Positions 63,698-64,000 of a stretch of DNA of 64,000 nt are shown piece after piece. The translations under genes and the position numbers were made by a program. The DNA is from Octopus bimaculoides (lineage: Eukaryota): contig NC_068989.1 in the NCBI RefSeq assembly GCF_001194135.2, forward strand, positions 51,702,303 to 51,766,302, read 5' to 3'. Below the pieces are notes generated by a model. The model was given only the letters and a program-made list of their open reading frames with translations, did not search any database and was not told the DNA's origin. How positions within the stretch are numbered: the stretch's first letter is position 1; every line of letters starts with the position of its first letter.

Positions 63698-63804
63698 ACT
63701 ATTCACATTAGCAGTCACTAATTTTTCTGCCTCTCGAATCAGATCGAAATCGTCTACCTTCCTGATATCCATCTTTAACTTCACAGTCACCGTTTTGTGA
63801 AAAA
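63698..63804 (-). CDS. Candidate internal coding exon of an unidentified gene (weak)
   Basis: Minus strand CCCTTTCAG| ... |GTAAGA encloses 107 nt, open in one frame: (D)FHKTVTVKLKMDIRKVDDFDLIREAEKLVTANVNS. No homology recognised. Confidence 0.25.
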
Positions 63805-64000
63805 TCTGAAAGGGTATATATACTATTCTTTCGTCGTGAATAAGAACAACTAACCAAAACGATTATAGCTTTTCACCTCTTCAAGTAAACCAACTCATTG
63901 AAGTCCAAGGCCAATGATGAAATAATTGTTTCAAGGGCTAGCAGTTTGGGGGAGAAGATTAATTGATTATAACGATGTCAATGATTAACTGACGCTTATT

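Overview
AT-rich animal genomic DNA with 17 N-gaps (about 4.4 kb in total). The tRNA-headed SINE families and the dense microsatellites look like a cephalopod, most likely Octopus; this is recognition and inference, not a database result. I can support no intact protein-coding gene; there is one weak candidate exon at 63698-63804 (-). The window is probably a large intron or intergenic region made up largely of decayed mobile elements. These include Penelope-like elements (PLEs) of three apparent clades (Naiad-, Neptune- and Poseidon-like), R4/Dong-like, CR1-group and RTE-group LINE fragments, mariner/Tc1/maT and Chapaev3 transposase relics, a Tigger-like MITE, and about a dozen tRNA-derived SINEs. 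Four things stand out. (1) A composite element at 59295-59666 joins a tRNA-Thr-like Pol III head, an (AAT)n spacer and a minimal type-I hammerhead ribozyme; a decayed second copy lies at 37.8-38.0 kb. (2) Several further hammerhead-like motifs with long stem II sit in PLE terminal repeats. (3) A 2.6-kb block holds a GAS/STAT-site minisatellite, a 21-bp array with 63-bp higher-order structure, and a near-perfect 63-nt hairpin. (4) Four long fold-back elements are present, one of them carrying a LINE fragment between its inverted arms. Repeat boundaries and percent identities were read or counted by hand and are approximate. Protein-family assignments come from motif recognition, not from searches.
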